A stretch of 64,000 bases of DNA from Candidatus Bathyarchaeum tardum. Its GTDB lineage: Archaea; Thermoproteota; Bathyarchaeia; Bathyarchaeales; Bathyarchaeaceae. Location: NCBI GenBank assembly GCA_024650005.2, contig CP122380.1, positions 544,001-608,000 on the forward strand. The letters run 5' to 3'. Position numbers and translations under genes: made by a program. Below, in pieces: positions 30,146 to 39,909 of this stretch. Below the pieces are notes generated by a model. That model worked only from the letters and a program-made list of their open reading frames with translations. It made no database searches and was not told the origin of the DNA. Position 1 is the first letter of the stretch; each line of letters starts with the position of its first letter.

Positions 30146-30855
30146 CCCTGTTGTTGTTCAAAGCCATGTTTTCCGATTAATGGGACGAATGTGACTCCTC
30201 CCAGGTTTTCTTGGATTGTTTTTCCGTTTTGTTTTCTGACCCGAACTAATGTTTGATAAAATTGTGCCCCTCCCACCGGAGCTAAAAGAACTCCTCCGTC
30301 CTTTAATTGCTCAACTAACGGTTCAGGAACCTTTGGACCTGCTGCGGCAACAAAAATTCTGTCATATGGAGCTTCTTCTGGATATCCCATTGTTCCGTCA
30401 CTGTGAATTATTGTAATCCTTTCTGCAAACCCTGCATTATCAATGTTAGTTTTTGCGAAAGCTGCCAACTGGGGTATTCTTTCAATTGTGTAAACGTGTC
30501 CCCACTGGTCTTTAGGTGCATCTGATGGAGCAACTATCTCTGCTATGGTTGCAGCGTGCCAGCCTGAACCTCCGCCAACTTCTAAGACTTTATGTCCAAT
30601 TTCTAGTTGAAGGGCTTCATCCATTATGGCTACCATGTTTCACCTAGTTGACCGCATGTGTCAACCAAGAGGCGCAGAAGCTGTTTGACCCCAACCAATG
30701 GAAAGCGGACAATCCAATGTTGCACTAGGTTTTACATTTTCAGGCAAAAACTTTTCCCGTGGAACTCTTCGTAAGGCTTCAATTACTTTAGGCGACCGAA
30801 GAACCCCTTGTTTAATTAGTTTTCGAACTAAAATATCCCATGATTGTTGACTCAT
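30142..30855 (-). CDS. pcm: Protein-L-isoaspartate O-methyltransferase; two exons (30855-30669, 30638-30142)
   Basis: VPREKF; GQTASAP-HMVAIM after splicing; VLEVGGGSGW; EEAPYDRI; FVPLIG. Confidence 0.92.
30639..30668 (-). other. 30-nt BHB-type intron in pcm
   Basis: CGCC TC|T TGGTTGAC-ACATGCG-GTCAACTA GGTG AA|A. Cutting at bulge position 2/3 restores CCT CAC ATG (P-H-M). Two in-frame TGA codons lie inside. Confidence 0.88.
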
Positions 30856-31325
30856 CACTCACCCCATTTAATAATGGGGTTATTTAATGCCTTAAACTTT
30901 AGTCTTTTTTGCTGAATTTTTGTGCCCACAATGCAAACTGAATCTTTTTTTAATAATATCTTAGATGTATTTTTTGGGTGGAAATTCTATGGCACCGAAT
31001 CAAACAGCAATAAACTTGAAAACTTTCTGGTATCTCCATTAATTCTGGTAATTGGCTTTGCATGATGGCAAGCGCTGTTGATTCCTTCCTTAATGTGAAC
31101 AATCAAATTTTCACAGTAGTTTTCACATTATCTGGTGGAATCCATACAGTAACCCTGTTCTTCAAAGGAAACTCAATATTTCAGCAACATGTTGAGTCCA
31201 AACAGTAAATACTTGTTTGAAAAAACTTGATTTGTTTCTTTTAAACTATAATCTGGAACCTTTGGTTTTGTTGAAAAACATTTAAGAGTAGTTTTTTATG
31301 GTTGATTTTGTTATGGCTGGTTATC

Positions 31326-32039
31326 ATGAGTAAGATTAATCGTGCTCTTGTTTTGGCGGCTGGTCAGGGAAGCCGATTGAAAGATTACGTGGATCAGAAG
31401 GTAGTTCATTATGTTGATGGGGTGCCTCTTTTGGGAAGAATTCTTCATGGTCTTAAAGATGCTGGAATAGAAAGTGTTGTTATTGTTATCGGATATGAGG
31501 CTGATAACGTTCAACGCGTAATTGGTAACGATTATTTAGGTCTTAAAGTGAATTACGTTGTGGCGGAAAACTGGAAAAAAGGGAACCTTTACTCGTTTTT
31601 AGCTGCGAAAAAAGAATTCACTTCCCCTTTTGTTCTTTGTATGGGCGACCACCTTTTTGACAGCAAAATAGTAGAAAAATTAATCAGTGTTGATTCCAAA
31701 AATTCTATTGTTTTGGCAATTGACCGTGTTGGATACGCAATTGATGACACAAAAATTTTGGATCAAGACGGAACAATCATAAACATTGGTCATGATATAG
31801 AGCCATCAACCGGTGTCTGCACTGGGTTCTTTTTATGCTCTCCAAAGTTTTTCTCATATGCTGAAACAGTTGCAACTGAAGATAACGGTGAACTAGATGA
31901 CTGCATTCGTGTTGCGGCAAGAAATAACGATACACAAGTTCTTGACATTAGCGGATACTTTTGGGTGGATGTAGATACCAAAAAAGATCTTGAAAGGGCA
32001 AAAAAAGCTGTAACTGATTTTTCCCAAACAGAAAATTAA
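31326..32039 (+). CDS. NTP transferase (sugar-/inositol-phosphate cytidylyltransferase-like)
   Basis: ALVLAAGQGSRL, CMGDH, WVDVDTKKDL. Confidence 0.85.
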   Translation: MSKINRALVLAAGQGSRLKDYVDQKVVHYVDGVPLLGRILHGLKDAGIESVVIVIGYEADNVQRVIGNDYLGLKVNYVVAENWKKGNLYSFLAAKKEFTSPFVLCMGDHLFDSKIVEKLISVDSKNSIVLAIDRVGYAIDDTKILDQDGTIINIGHDIEPSTGVCTGFFLCSPKFFSYAETVATEDNGELDDCIRVAARNNDTQVLDISGYFWVDVDTKKDLERAKKAVTDFSQTEN

Positions 32040-32226
32040 CAATCTACTTTATTGTTTTCAAAAGAATGATGTTTGGGATCTTCAATGCCTTTTGTTGATT
32101 TTCAAATTGTTTCATCAGTTTATTATCCATTGCTTACATGTTCATAAATCTGAAACGTTTTAAAAAATCAAAAACTGCGAAACCAAAAAATTTTAAATAT
32201 TCACAAAAGAATAACCATTTAGGGGG

Positions 32227-32685
32227 ATGTTCTTGCTTGTAGAAAAAAATAAAGCGATTGTGAAACGATTTATTGAAGCATATAATAATCGAAACTTAGA
32301 AATTTTTGAAGAATTAGTTGCACCAGATTTTATTGACCACACCCATCAACAACAAGGACGAGAAAAATTCAAGAAACTGTTTACAATGGCTTTTGACGGA
32401 TTCCCAGATTGGTACGAAGAAATCGAAGACATGATTTGTGAAGGCGAAAAAGTATGGGTAAGAGTCAAAGCAACAGGAACCCACACTGGGGACTGGAATC
32501 TTTTTGGGGTTTCATTACCTGCTACGGGCAACAAAATCACGATGCGGATGGTTTTCTTTTTCCGAATCGTCAACAACAAACTGGCAGAAACAGGAGAACT
32601 TGATGACCAACTAGATTTCTTCAATAAATTAGGATTCATAAAATACACTGAAAAGGGAAAACAGCTATTCCCTGAAGATGCATAA
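32227..32685 (+). CDS. SnoaL-like ester cyclase family protein
   Basis: KNKAIVKRFIEA, FPD, EGEKVWVR, GTHTG, PATG. Confidence 0.88.
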   Translation: MFLLVEKNKAIVKRFIEAYNNRNLEIFEELVAPDFIDHTHQQQGREKFKKLFTMAFDGFPDWYEEIEDMICEGEKVWVRVKATGTHTGDWNLFGVSLPATGNKITMRMVFFFRIVNNKLAETGELDDQLDFFNKLGFIKYTEKGKQLFPEDA

Positions 32686-32741
32686 TGATTGATGGCTTCC
32701 AAAAAATGGCACTAGACCATTTGGTGTGAAAATATTTTCAG

Positions 32742-33608
32742 TTAAACTAGGCTTTGAGTGAAATAAACAATTCCAAAGAACAGAGCCATCAATAGCACAA
32801 ATACGATTCCAAGGAAAACTGTCATTGTTTTTGCGTATTTTCCAAATTTTAAAACCAAAACAGAGTTTAATATTGGAAAAATTGCTGCGATGCCTGCGAT
32901 AATAAACAGTTCCGATTTGTGCCCCCAACGGTTAGGAACCATATTCAAATCAAAATGAACCGGAATAGTCTCTGGAAGGGTTGGGTAAATCCAAAGTAAA
33001 TATCCCAGAAAAACAAAAAATGCTCCAGCTACCGTTGCAACCTGCAAATACACAAACCTTTTTGACGAACTCACTGCCTGTACATCAGTAGCAGTCCCAA
33101 ATTGAGACCTTTTAGTGTTTAACTCGTTACAAAGTTCTTGTGGATCTTCGGGGGAAACAACTATTTTGTTGCCATCCGTGAGCTCAAGCAACACAAAATC
33201 TCCGCTTACCTTTGTTGAGTAAACCCAAACCTTTCCAAGGTCTTTAGCAGTATACAATCCCCAGTGCATTCCAGGCCAACTCGCTCCAAAAAGACGAAAC
33301 AAAAGAGCAGTCTGAGAAACTTTCACATCTTTAATTGCTGAATAAGGTATTTTTCGTTTCGAAAACCCAAAACTAACAGAAAAAATGTTTTGCTGAACCG
33401 TAAACTCCATTCTTTTGGCAAAAAACGCAAAGGATAACAAAACGCCATCAATAATTAACAGAATAGATATCAGGGCAATAAACAAAACTGAGATTTCTTG
33501 AAAACTAAAAAACAAAAGGGCCAAAATCGGAACATCAATTATCAATAACAAAATTATGACCCAAACAAAGCTGCTTTTTGTTTGGCTTGGTCTGAAAACT
33601 TTTTCCAA
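32742..33608 (-). CDS. Membrane protein with bacterial PH domain and DUF1648
   Basis: RLFGASWPG PH-like segment; LPETIPVHFD...PNRWG (DUF1648). Confidence 0.8.
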   Translation of the reverse strand: MEKVFRPSQTKSSFVWVIILLLIIDVPILALLFFSFQEISVLFIALISILLIIDGVLLSFAFFAKRMEFTVQQNIFSVSFGFSKRKIPYSAIKDVKVSQTALLFRLFGASWPGMHWGLYTAKDLGKVWVYSTKVSGDFVLLELTDGNKIVVSPEDPQELCNELNTKRSQFGTATDVQAVSSSKRFVYLQVATVAGAFFVFLGYLLWIYPTLPETIPVHFDLNMVPNRWGHKSELFIIAGIAAIFPILNSVLVLKFGKYAKTMTVFLGIVFVLLMALFFGIVYFTQSLV

Positions 33609-33684
33609 CCGCGTGCCTCACTAACTATTCTTTGCTAGATAATAATAAACATACTAATAATTCAATAGAAGCACCTGAAGAAAA

Positions 33685-34656
33685 TCATCTAAAATATTCG
33701 TTGGGTGGACTCATTGTCATTTCCCCGAATGCTCCTTTTGTTGTAACTACTTTGAGGGTTATTTGCTGAGGCTTGTTCACATAGGTTGCAGACAAGCTTA
33801 TATTCCAAACACCATCGCCGTCATGTATTGTTGCGGATGAATCAATTGTTCCATTAACATAAACGTAAGCAACTTCCCCGTCCCCTGCACCTTCATAGCC
33901 GTCTTCATACACGTAAGCAACTATTTTACCTTCGTTGGAGTTCCAATTTATTGACTGTATCCAAAGCCCATATATGGACTTTGAAACTTCAGCAGATATT
34001 CCTTCAATAGTCACAACTTTAATCGGAATCGGTGTATACGTATCCATGAATGTTCCAGTCAAACTTACCGTGGTTTCTTGCTGGCTCTCTAAAATTATCG
34101 GATCGGGCAACGCTGAAACGTCACGAGCCCCATCAGCGTAAACCTCACTTAGAGTCACAGTTTCATCACCGGAGTTTCTCACAACAACTTTTATCTTTCC
34201 TGTTTTTTCATCCCAATCTACCTGATTCAAACCGATTTCATAGAAGATTTTACTTTTGTAAGCGTCAATTTCACCCGAGGTGGTAATTCTTACTGTTATC
34301 CGATTTGGTTTAGTTATGTATTTTTGAGATAAGATGATTTCTGTTGATTGATTTTGGGATAAGACTCGAGTAGCTATTACTGCTTCCGAGTCTAATGTTT
34401 CATTTGAATAAACTTCGATAAGAGTCACAGTATCGTTAATTGTATTTTCAACAATAACTTTGATTTGATGGTTGTTTTCATCCCAATTTATGCTTTTAAT
34501 TTCTGTTGGTAGCGGTGTTACTATGTCTGGCAATCTGTCTGGCGTTAAAAGTCGGTTCAAGAAAAAGGGAGTAAACATCACTAAAATAGTGAAAATAACT
34601 GCCAAAAACATTAATTCGACTCTAAAAGGTCGTTTTTTTTCTAAATGAATTTCCAT
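33685..34656 (-). CDS. Membrane-anchored surface protein with three tandem beta-sandwich repeats
   Basis: N-terminal TM; repeats INWDENNHQIKVIVEN / VDWDEKTGKIKVVVRN / INWNSNEGKIVAYV. Confidence 0.7.
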   Translation of the reverse strand: MEIHLEKKRPFRVELMFLAVIFTILVMFTPFFLNRLLTPDRLPDIVTPLPTEIKSINWDENNHQIKVIVENTINDTVTLIEVYSNETLDSEAVIATRVLSQNQSTEIILSQKYITKPNRITVRITTSGEIDAYKSKIFYEIGLNQVDWDEKTGKIKVVVRNSGDETVTLSEVYADGARDVSALPDPIILESQQETTVSLTGTFMDTYTPIPIKVVTIEGISAEVSKSIYGLWIQSINWNSNEGKIVAYVYEDGYEGAGDGEVAYVYVNGTIDSSATIHDGDGVWNISLSATYVNKPQQITLKVVTTKGAFGEMTMSPPNEYFR

Positions 34657-34781
34657 ATTCTTTAGAGCGTAGTAAATGTATAAGAGTTTTTTAGTAAGGT
34701 CATAGTTGGAGACCTGATTGTTCAATCGTTAAAATCAAAACAAATCTTGTAAAAGTTAGTTTCAGAGCTTACATAATTGTG

Positions 34782-34859
34782 TGGTGGACCGAGCGGGAAT
34801 TGAACCCGCGACCTCCTGAGTGCAAGTCAGGCATTCATACCAGACTGAACTATCGGCCC
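34782..34859 (-). tRNA. tRNA-Ala(TGC), CCA encoded
   Basis: GGGCCGA/TCGGTCC acceptor with G3:U70; anticodon arm CCTGA-CTTGCAC-TCAGG. Confidence 0.97.
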
Positions 34860-34969
34860 ATGTTGTTTGTTTCGTTCTTTTGTTAGAGAACATGGATTTA
34901 GCGTTTTCCTTGTCTAAAAGGTTTACCAAACCCGCCTTTGATTTCAACCCGACTGTTGTGAGCAAGAGG

Positions 34970-35043
34970 GGCCGAAACCGGGATTTGAACCCGGGCGCTA
35001 GCCTCCACAGGGCTATAGGCTACCAGACTACCTCATTTCGGCC
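34970..35043 (-). tRNA. tRNA-His(GTG) with encoded G-1
   Basis: (G)GCCGAAA/TTTCGGC-C; anticodon arm TAGCC-CTGTGGA-GGCTA. Confidence 0.95.
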
Positions 35044-35211
35044 ACATTGGAATGATTCCGACCACTTTTTTGTTCGCCTTGTTTATTTACGTTTCCTTAA
35101 AAAAATCTTAGTTTTAATGTTAGTTTAATCATGTTTTGAGTGGTCAGATATAAATTGCAGGTCGCTACAGATATTTTGACCAGCTCCAAATAAACAGTAA
35201 GAGGGATATTG

Positions 35212-35496
35212 ATGAAAATTTTACTTGACGAAATGTATTCAGGGCTTCGAGAATATTTTGAGGTTCTCGGCTGGAACGTAATAACAGTACAAGAAGCAGG
35301 ACTGCGGGGTGCAACAGACCGTAAGGTGGCAGAATATGCCGCAACAAATGATTTACTGTTAGTAACTCAGGACCAAAAACCTGCTGAACTAATGAACCTT
35401 AAAGGAGCAAAATACGTCCTTATCTCCAGCGCCATGATTGCAAAAATGGCGGACCAAAAAATCAAAGAAAAATATCCCAAAATTAATACCGAATAA
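35212..35496 (+). CDS. Mut7-C/DUF5615 PIN-like domain protein
   Basis: MKILLDEMY, D..VAEYA, LLVTQD. Confidence 0.8.
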   Translation: MKILLDEMYSGLREYFEVLGWNVITVQEAGLRGATDRKVAEYAATNDLLLVTQDQKPAELMNLKGAKYVLISSAMIAKMADQKIKEKYPKINTE

Positions 35497-35538
35497 ACAG
35501 CAGCTAGGCTGGATTTAACCCTCGAGGGATGATTAATA

Positions 35539-36138
35539 TTGAATCACAAATCTGGGAATTCGGAAGGCTTTCTTAGTAATGAAGTAGTTTATTTTGTAAC
35601 TAGTAATGTTCACAAGTTTCTTGAAGCCCGAAAAGTTTTGTTTCAATACAACATATCAGCGACCAAACTAAAAGTAGAAGCAATTGAAATCCAAGATGAC
35701 CACCTTGAAAATATTGCAAAATACAGTGTTTTAGATGCAATTAAAAAATGTGGATCCCCTGTTTTTGTTGAAGACGCGGGTTTATTTATTGAATCTTTGA
35801 ACGGTTTTCCTGGACCTTACTCTAAATATGTTCTGCAAACAGTGGGCTTAAACGGAGTTCTCAAGTTGATGGATGGCATCAATAACCGTAATGCTTACTT
35901 TAAGTCTGTAATCTGCTATGGCGGTCCAAAAGAGGAACCAACCTGTTTTGTGGGAAAAGTAGAAGGCAAGATATCTTCAGAATTACATGGAGATTCAGGG
36001 TTTGGGTACGACCCGATTTTTGTTCCCTCTGAAGGTGATGGAAGAACTTTTGCAGAAATGTCTTTAACTGAAAAAAACAGTTATTCTCATCGTGCAAGAG
36101 CTCTAAAACAGTTCGCTGAGTGGTATTCTAGCCGTTAA
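35539..36138 (+). CDS. rdgB: Non-canonical purine NTP pyrophosphatase (RdgB/HAM1)
   Basis: TSNVHK, VEDAGL, GFPGPYS, GFGYDPIF, SHRARA. Confidence 0.95.
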   Translation: MNHKSGNSEGFLSNEVVYFVTSNVHKFLEARKVLFQYNISATKLKVEAIEIQDDHLENIAKYSVLDAIKKCGSPVFVEDAGLFIESLNGFPGPYSKYVLQTVGLNGVLKLMDGINNRNAYFKSVICYGGPKEEPTCFVGKVEGKISSELHGDSGFGYDPIFVPSEGDGRTFAEMSLTEKNSYSHRARALKQFAEWYSSR

Positions 36139-36201
36139 CAAACGAATGTTTTAAATATCTGGGTTCCCTCCGACGTTAAGGAGCTTCCGAGGAATAAGAA
36201 C

Positions 36202-36642
36202 ATGCCAAAACAAGAAAAAGGAATATCCCATGAAACAAGACCAGTAAGTAAACGACCCCCTGCATGGTGCAGATACACATCAGAAGAAGTGGAAGCTATA
36301 ATAGTGAAGCTTTCCAAAGACGGTCATCCTCCAAGCCAAATCGGAATAATTCTGCGTGACCAACATGGAGTTCCTTTGTCTAAGCCAATAACAGAAAAAT
36401 CTGTTAGCCAAATCCTCAAAGAACGAAACATATACTCAACCTATCCTGAAGACCTAGAAAATCTTCTCCGCAAAGCAACACGCCTTCATGTTCACCAGGA
36501 CAAAAACAAATCAGACCTGCACAACAAACGTGCCCTCCAAATGGTGGAAGCAAAAATCTACAAACTATCTCGTTACTATAAACGAGAAGGTGTACTTCCA
36601 GCAGACTGGAAATATTCACCAAAAGCAATTTCTCTGTTCTAA
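36202..36642 (+). CDS. rps15: 30S ribosomal protein S15 (uS15)
   Basis: PSQIGIILRDQHG, PEDLENL, KIYKLSRYYK. Confidence 0.96.
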   Translation: MPKQEKGISHETRPVSKRPPAWCRYTSEEVEAIIVKLSKDGHPPSQIGIILRDQHGVPLSKPITEKSVSQILKERNIYSTYPEDLENLLRKATRLHVHQDKNKSDLHNKRALQMVEAKIYKLSRYYKREGVLPADWKYSPKAISLF

Positions 36643-36854
36643 TCCGGGAATTTTTTCCCTTTTTCCGTCATATTTGTTTGGTTGCTTTTCTTTGTGTATT
36701 CAACCCCAAGTAGAGTGTTGAATATTTTTTACGAAACTGTTCATTAGAAAGTTTTATTATCTATTCTTGTATCTGAGCTTATACCCTTGTGTTGTCAAAA
36801 TCACAGAATTTAATGTTGACAATACATCAACTTAATCCTTTAACGTGAAAAACA

Positions 36855-38312
36855 ATGCCTGTTACCAACCAACAAATAGATGCCCTTTCAAAAGACGCCA
36901 ACGATGCAGCCAGCTTAATCTTAGAGCATATTGAAAAAGGTGATGTTATTCACGTTTCCACTCATGTAGACGCTGACGGCATATCTGCAGGAGGAATTAT
37001 AGGAAAAGCGTTGCTTCGGGCAGGGGCAAAATTTCGTTTACGGTTTGAACGATGGATGGACGAAAACGTTGCTGACCGAATCGCCAACGAAAACGCTGCT
37101 TTGACAATTTTTACGGACATGGGAAGCGGTTACCTTGACCTTTTAGGAGACCGCCTTGCTGGACGGGACGTTGTAATTCTTGATCATCACAAACCAGCAT
37201 TAGATCAATTACCCGACGGTTTTATTCAAGTTAACCCTCACATTCACGGGATAGACGGAACCCGTGAAATAAGCGGTTCAGGTGTGGCCTACTATGCTGC
37301 TAAAGCATTAAATGAAAAAAATGTAGATTTGGCAGCTATTGCTATTGTTGGTGCCCTAGGTGATTTACAAGACAAAAACAAAGACCGCAAATTAGGTGGC
37401 GCAAACACGCCCATAGTTAAAGACGCTGTAGCGTCAGGAGTTCTTACCGTAGAAACTGATTTGTTGTTTTTTGGACGGGAAACTCGCCCGATTCATCAGG
37501 CTCTTGCCCGAACAACTAATCCGTTTATTCCCGAAATCAGCAGCGAAGAAGACAAAAGCCTTGCATTTCTGGTAAATCTAGGAATCAAACCTAAACGCAA
37601 CGACAAATGGCGAGCGTTACGGGACCTTTCTTCGGAAGAAAAACAGACGCTACTTTCGGCAATTGCTGAGCACCTAGTTTCCAAAGGAATGAGCGGAGAC
37701 ATAGTATCCGACCTAGTAGGAGAAGTTTACACCTTAACTCACGAAGAGCCCTGGACGACGTTGCGGGATGCCCGCGAATTTTCGGTTCTGCTTAATGCTA
37801 CTGGAAGAATGGACAAAGCAGGACTAGGTGCAGCGATTTGCATGGGGGACCGCAAAAAATGTTTGGAAGAAGCAAATAAAGTGATACAGGATTATCGGGG
37901 CACTATTACTAAGTATCTTCGTTGGGTGACAGAAAAACCTGAACGCCTTGAAGAGCTAGAAAACATTTACGTAGTCAGAGGGGACGGATTTATCGATGAA
38001 AAAGTTCTCAGTCCCGTTTGCACTATATTGTCTACGACTCTTACTCAACTGGGAAAACCAATCATTGCTTACGCCAAAATTTCAGGTGAAGATCAAGTTA
38101 AAATTTCATCCCGTGGCTCAGAACCTTTGATACACAAAGGGTTGAACCTAGGAGACGTGATGCAAATTGCCTCTGAACAGTTTTCTGGTCGGGGGGGAGG
38201 ACACGACATCGCTGCAGGTGCTCAGGTGCCCATCAAAAATGTGGAAGACTTCATATTTTTGGTTAATGATTTAGTTAAACGACAACTGGAAGGAAAAAAA
38301 ATTGGAAGCTGA
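36855..38312 (+). CDS. recJ: DHH family phosphoesterase, RecJ/GAN (Cdc45-like)
   Basis: HVDADG, ILDHH, GGGHDIAAGA; conserved rps15-recJ-pcc1 order. Confidence 0.9.
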   Translation: MPVTNQQIDALSKDANDAASLILEHIEKGDVIHVSTHVDADGISAGGIIGKALLRAGAKFRLRFERWMDENVADRIANENAALTIFTDMGSGYLDLLGDRLAGRDVVILDHHKPALDQLPDGFIQVNPHIHGIDGTREISGSGVAYYAAKALNEKNVDLAAIAIVGALGDLQDKNKDRKLGGANTPIVKDAVASGVLTVETDLLFFGRETRPIHQALARTTNPFIPEISSEEDKSLAFLVNLGIKPKRNDKWRALRDLSSEEKQTLLSAIAEHLVSKGMSGDIVSDLVGEVYTLTHEEPWTTLRDAREFSVLLNATGRMDKAGLGAAICMGDRKKCLEEANKVIQDYRGTITKYLRWVTEKPERLEELENIYVVRGDGFIDEKVLSPVCTILSTTLTQLGKPIIAYAKISGEDQVKISSRGSEPLIHKGLNLGDVMQIASEQFSGRGGGHDIAAGAQVPIKNVEDFIFLVNDLVKRQLEGKKIGS

Positions 38313-38541
38313 AATCTGTTTATGTTATAAAAATGAACGCGAAGCCCAAGCAGTAGCTCAAGCAGTTTCTCCGGACAACATTGAAGTTCCCAAAGGGCTA
38401 TCTATTGAAACAACAAAAAAAGATTCACAAGTCTACACAAAAATTCAGTGCCAAACTAGACTGCAAACCCTCATAGCAACCATTGACGACCTTCTAGCAT
38501 GCATTTCAGTAGCAGAAAAAACCTTTAAAGTGGCAAAATAG
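38302..38541 (+). CDS. pcc1: KEOPS complex subunit Pcc1
   Basis: AVSPDN, TIDDLL; position after recJ. Confidence 0.85.
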   Translation: MEAEICLCYKNEREAQAVAQAVSPDNIEVPKGLSIETTKKDSQVYTKIQCQTRLQTLIATIDDLLACISVAEKTFKVAK

Positions 38542-38658
38542 TCCTTAGCATCCATCTTTTGTGGGTTAGAAGAATTGCTCAAGAAATCTTGATTGAAATT
38601 TAATTATGATTCGTTAGTGTCGTCAAGACGATAGGTGGTTAAGAACTCTTTTTTGAAG

Positions 38659-39035
38659 CAAAATTTTTTGAATTATTTATTCATCAAATATTGCTTCTGA
38701 ATGTTGTGTTAGTGTCTTTGTTGAATAGACAAATGTTGCAAAAAATTTAATTTTTATCAATTATTCATTAAAATTTAGTTGAAAAATTGTTTAGTACTTT
38801 TGTATGTTTTTATTTATCTATAAATCTTTTTTACAAAAATTTTATATCAAAGTTTTGGCACAAGAAGTTTGGGGGAAAAGACTGTGTTGCCCTGGGTAGT
38901 ATTGTTTGCACTTCGGAATCAAAGTTTTACTAAAGTTAATCGATGTCCTGTTAGACAGCATTAACGATTTTCCCTCCTTGAAGCGAGACAAATGTTTCGG
39001 GGGCGCCTCACTGCCCTACGCCCAAGTAAAGGGCA
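38659..39035 (+). repeat. Duplicated promoter and leader, copy 1
   Basis: Aligns with 41168-41551; 38825-38928 is identical to 41335-41438; TATA-like TTTATAT at 38841. Confidence 0.92.
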
Positions 39036-39093
39036 AAAAGAGATAGCACGGAGAACAAAGCCGTGCAGAAAAACAAAAGGAAGAAAAAATAAA

Positions 39094-39909
39094 ATGAAAA
39101 AAATTCGTTTAACAATAATTTCGCTATTAGTTCTTTGTCTATTTCTATGTTCAAGTCTACAATCGGTTTCAGCCATCATAGTGGGTTCAGCTGTATTTTG
39201 CCCAAATAACTACATTCCTCCACCAGAATGGTACGATACTGAATATGAAATTCAGCTCTCCACGGCATATTGTACTGCAATAAATACCATGCTGACCAGC
39301 AAATACGGAGGTTTATGCTACTTAAGAATCAATGCAACCAGAAATCAATATACTTCTACACTTGGGTACCTAAAATCTGCGTGTGATCAAATAGTAGTGT
39401 TTTCAAAAGGTCACCGAGGAATAGAATATGAACCACCTTTTTACCACATCACTCTTATCGACCACAGTGGAGTCAACGTAGTTGACGACGACCACATTTA
39501 TCCTAATACAGACTATTCAAAAAACACTGTGACATTCATATGGCATTGTCAAACATCAGACTATTACCCACCAATAAGTCCAGCGAAATATGGAATGCCC
39601 TACTGCTGGACCCACGATTACACAATGCAACCCTACGTTACATATGGAGATCATGTTTACTTAGGATGGGTAGGCCAATCTCCACAATTTGAAACCGCAG
39701 TCAATTACCAATACAAATTTGCTGAAGTTGCAGCATGGTTCTGGTACTACGCGTGCGACGGGGATAGTATAGAAGACGCACTGGACCATGTTGCTCAAAG
39801 AATCTTTGGGGCTGCAAATTTTGTTGCCAGCGAACTTGACGATTACACTGCCTATCACGGTCCATTAAAACCCTATGGAAATATGGCATTCTATTTGCCG
39901 GAGGAATGA
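39094..39909 (+). CDS. Secreted protein, putative clan CD (caspase/gingipain-fold) cysteine peptidase
   Basis: Signal peptide from ATG 39094; VVFSKGHRG, TFIWHCQT, VYLGW and terminal YGNMAFYLP resemble the His-Cys dyad strands and the GDP-like end. Confidence 0.5.
   Translation: MKKIRLTIISLLVLCLFLCSSLQSVSAIIVGSAVFCPNNYIPPPEWYDTEYEIQLSTAYCTAINTMLTSKYGGLCYLRINATRNQYTSTLGYLKSACDQIVVFSKGHRGIEYEPPFYHITLIDHSGVNVVDDDHIYPNTDYSKNTVTFIWHCQTSDYYPPISPAKYGMPYCWTHDYTMQPYVTYGDHVYLGWVGQSPQFETAVNYQYKFAEVAAWFWYYACDGDSIEDALDHVAQRIFGAANFVASELDDYTAYHGPLKPYGNMAFYLPEE

Noticed and set aside
30960-31210. Short broken ORF fragments between pcm and the NTP transferase
   Set aside because: No recognisable motif; cannot be assigned.
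34762-35128. ORFs overlapping tRNA-Ala and tRNA-His
   Set aside because: Shadows of the tRNA genes.
38992-39093. N-terminal extension of the 305-aa ORF, and small ORFs at 41313-41562
   Set aside because: They fall in the duplicated non-coding leader; the signal peptide begins at ATG 39094 and frames are not conserved between copies.
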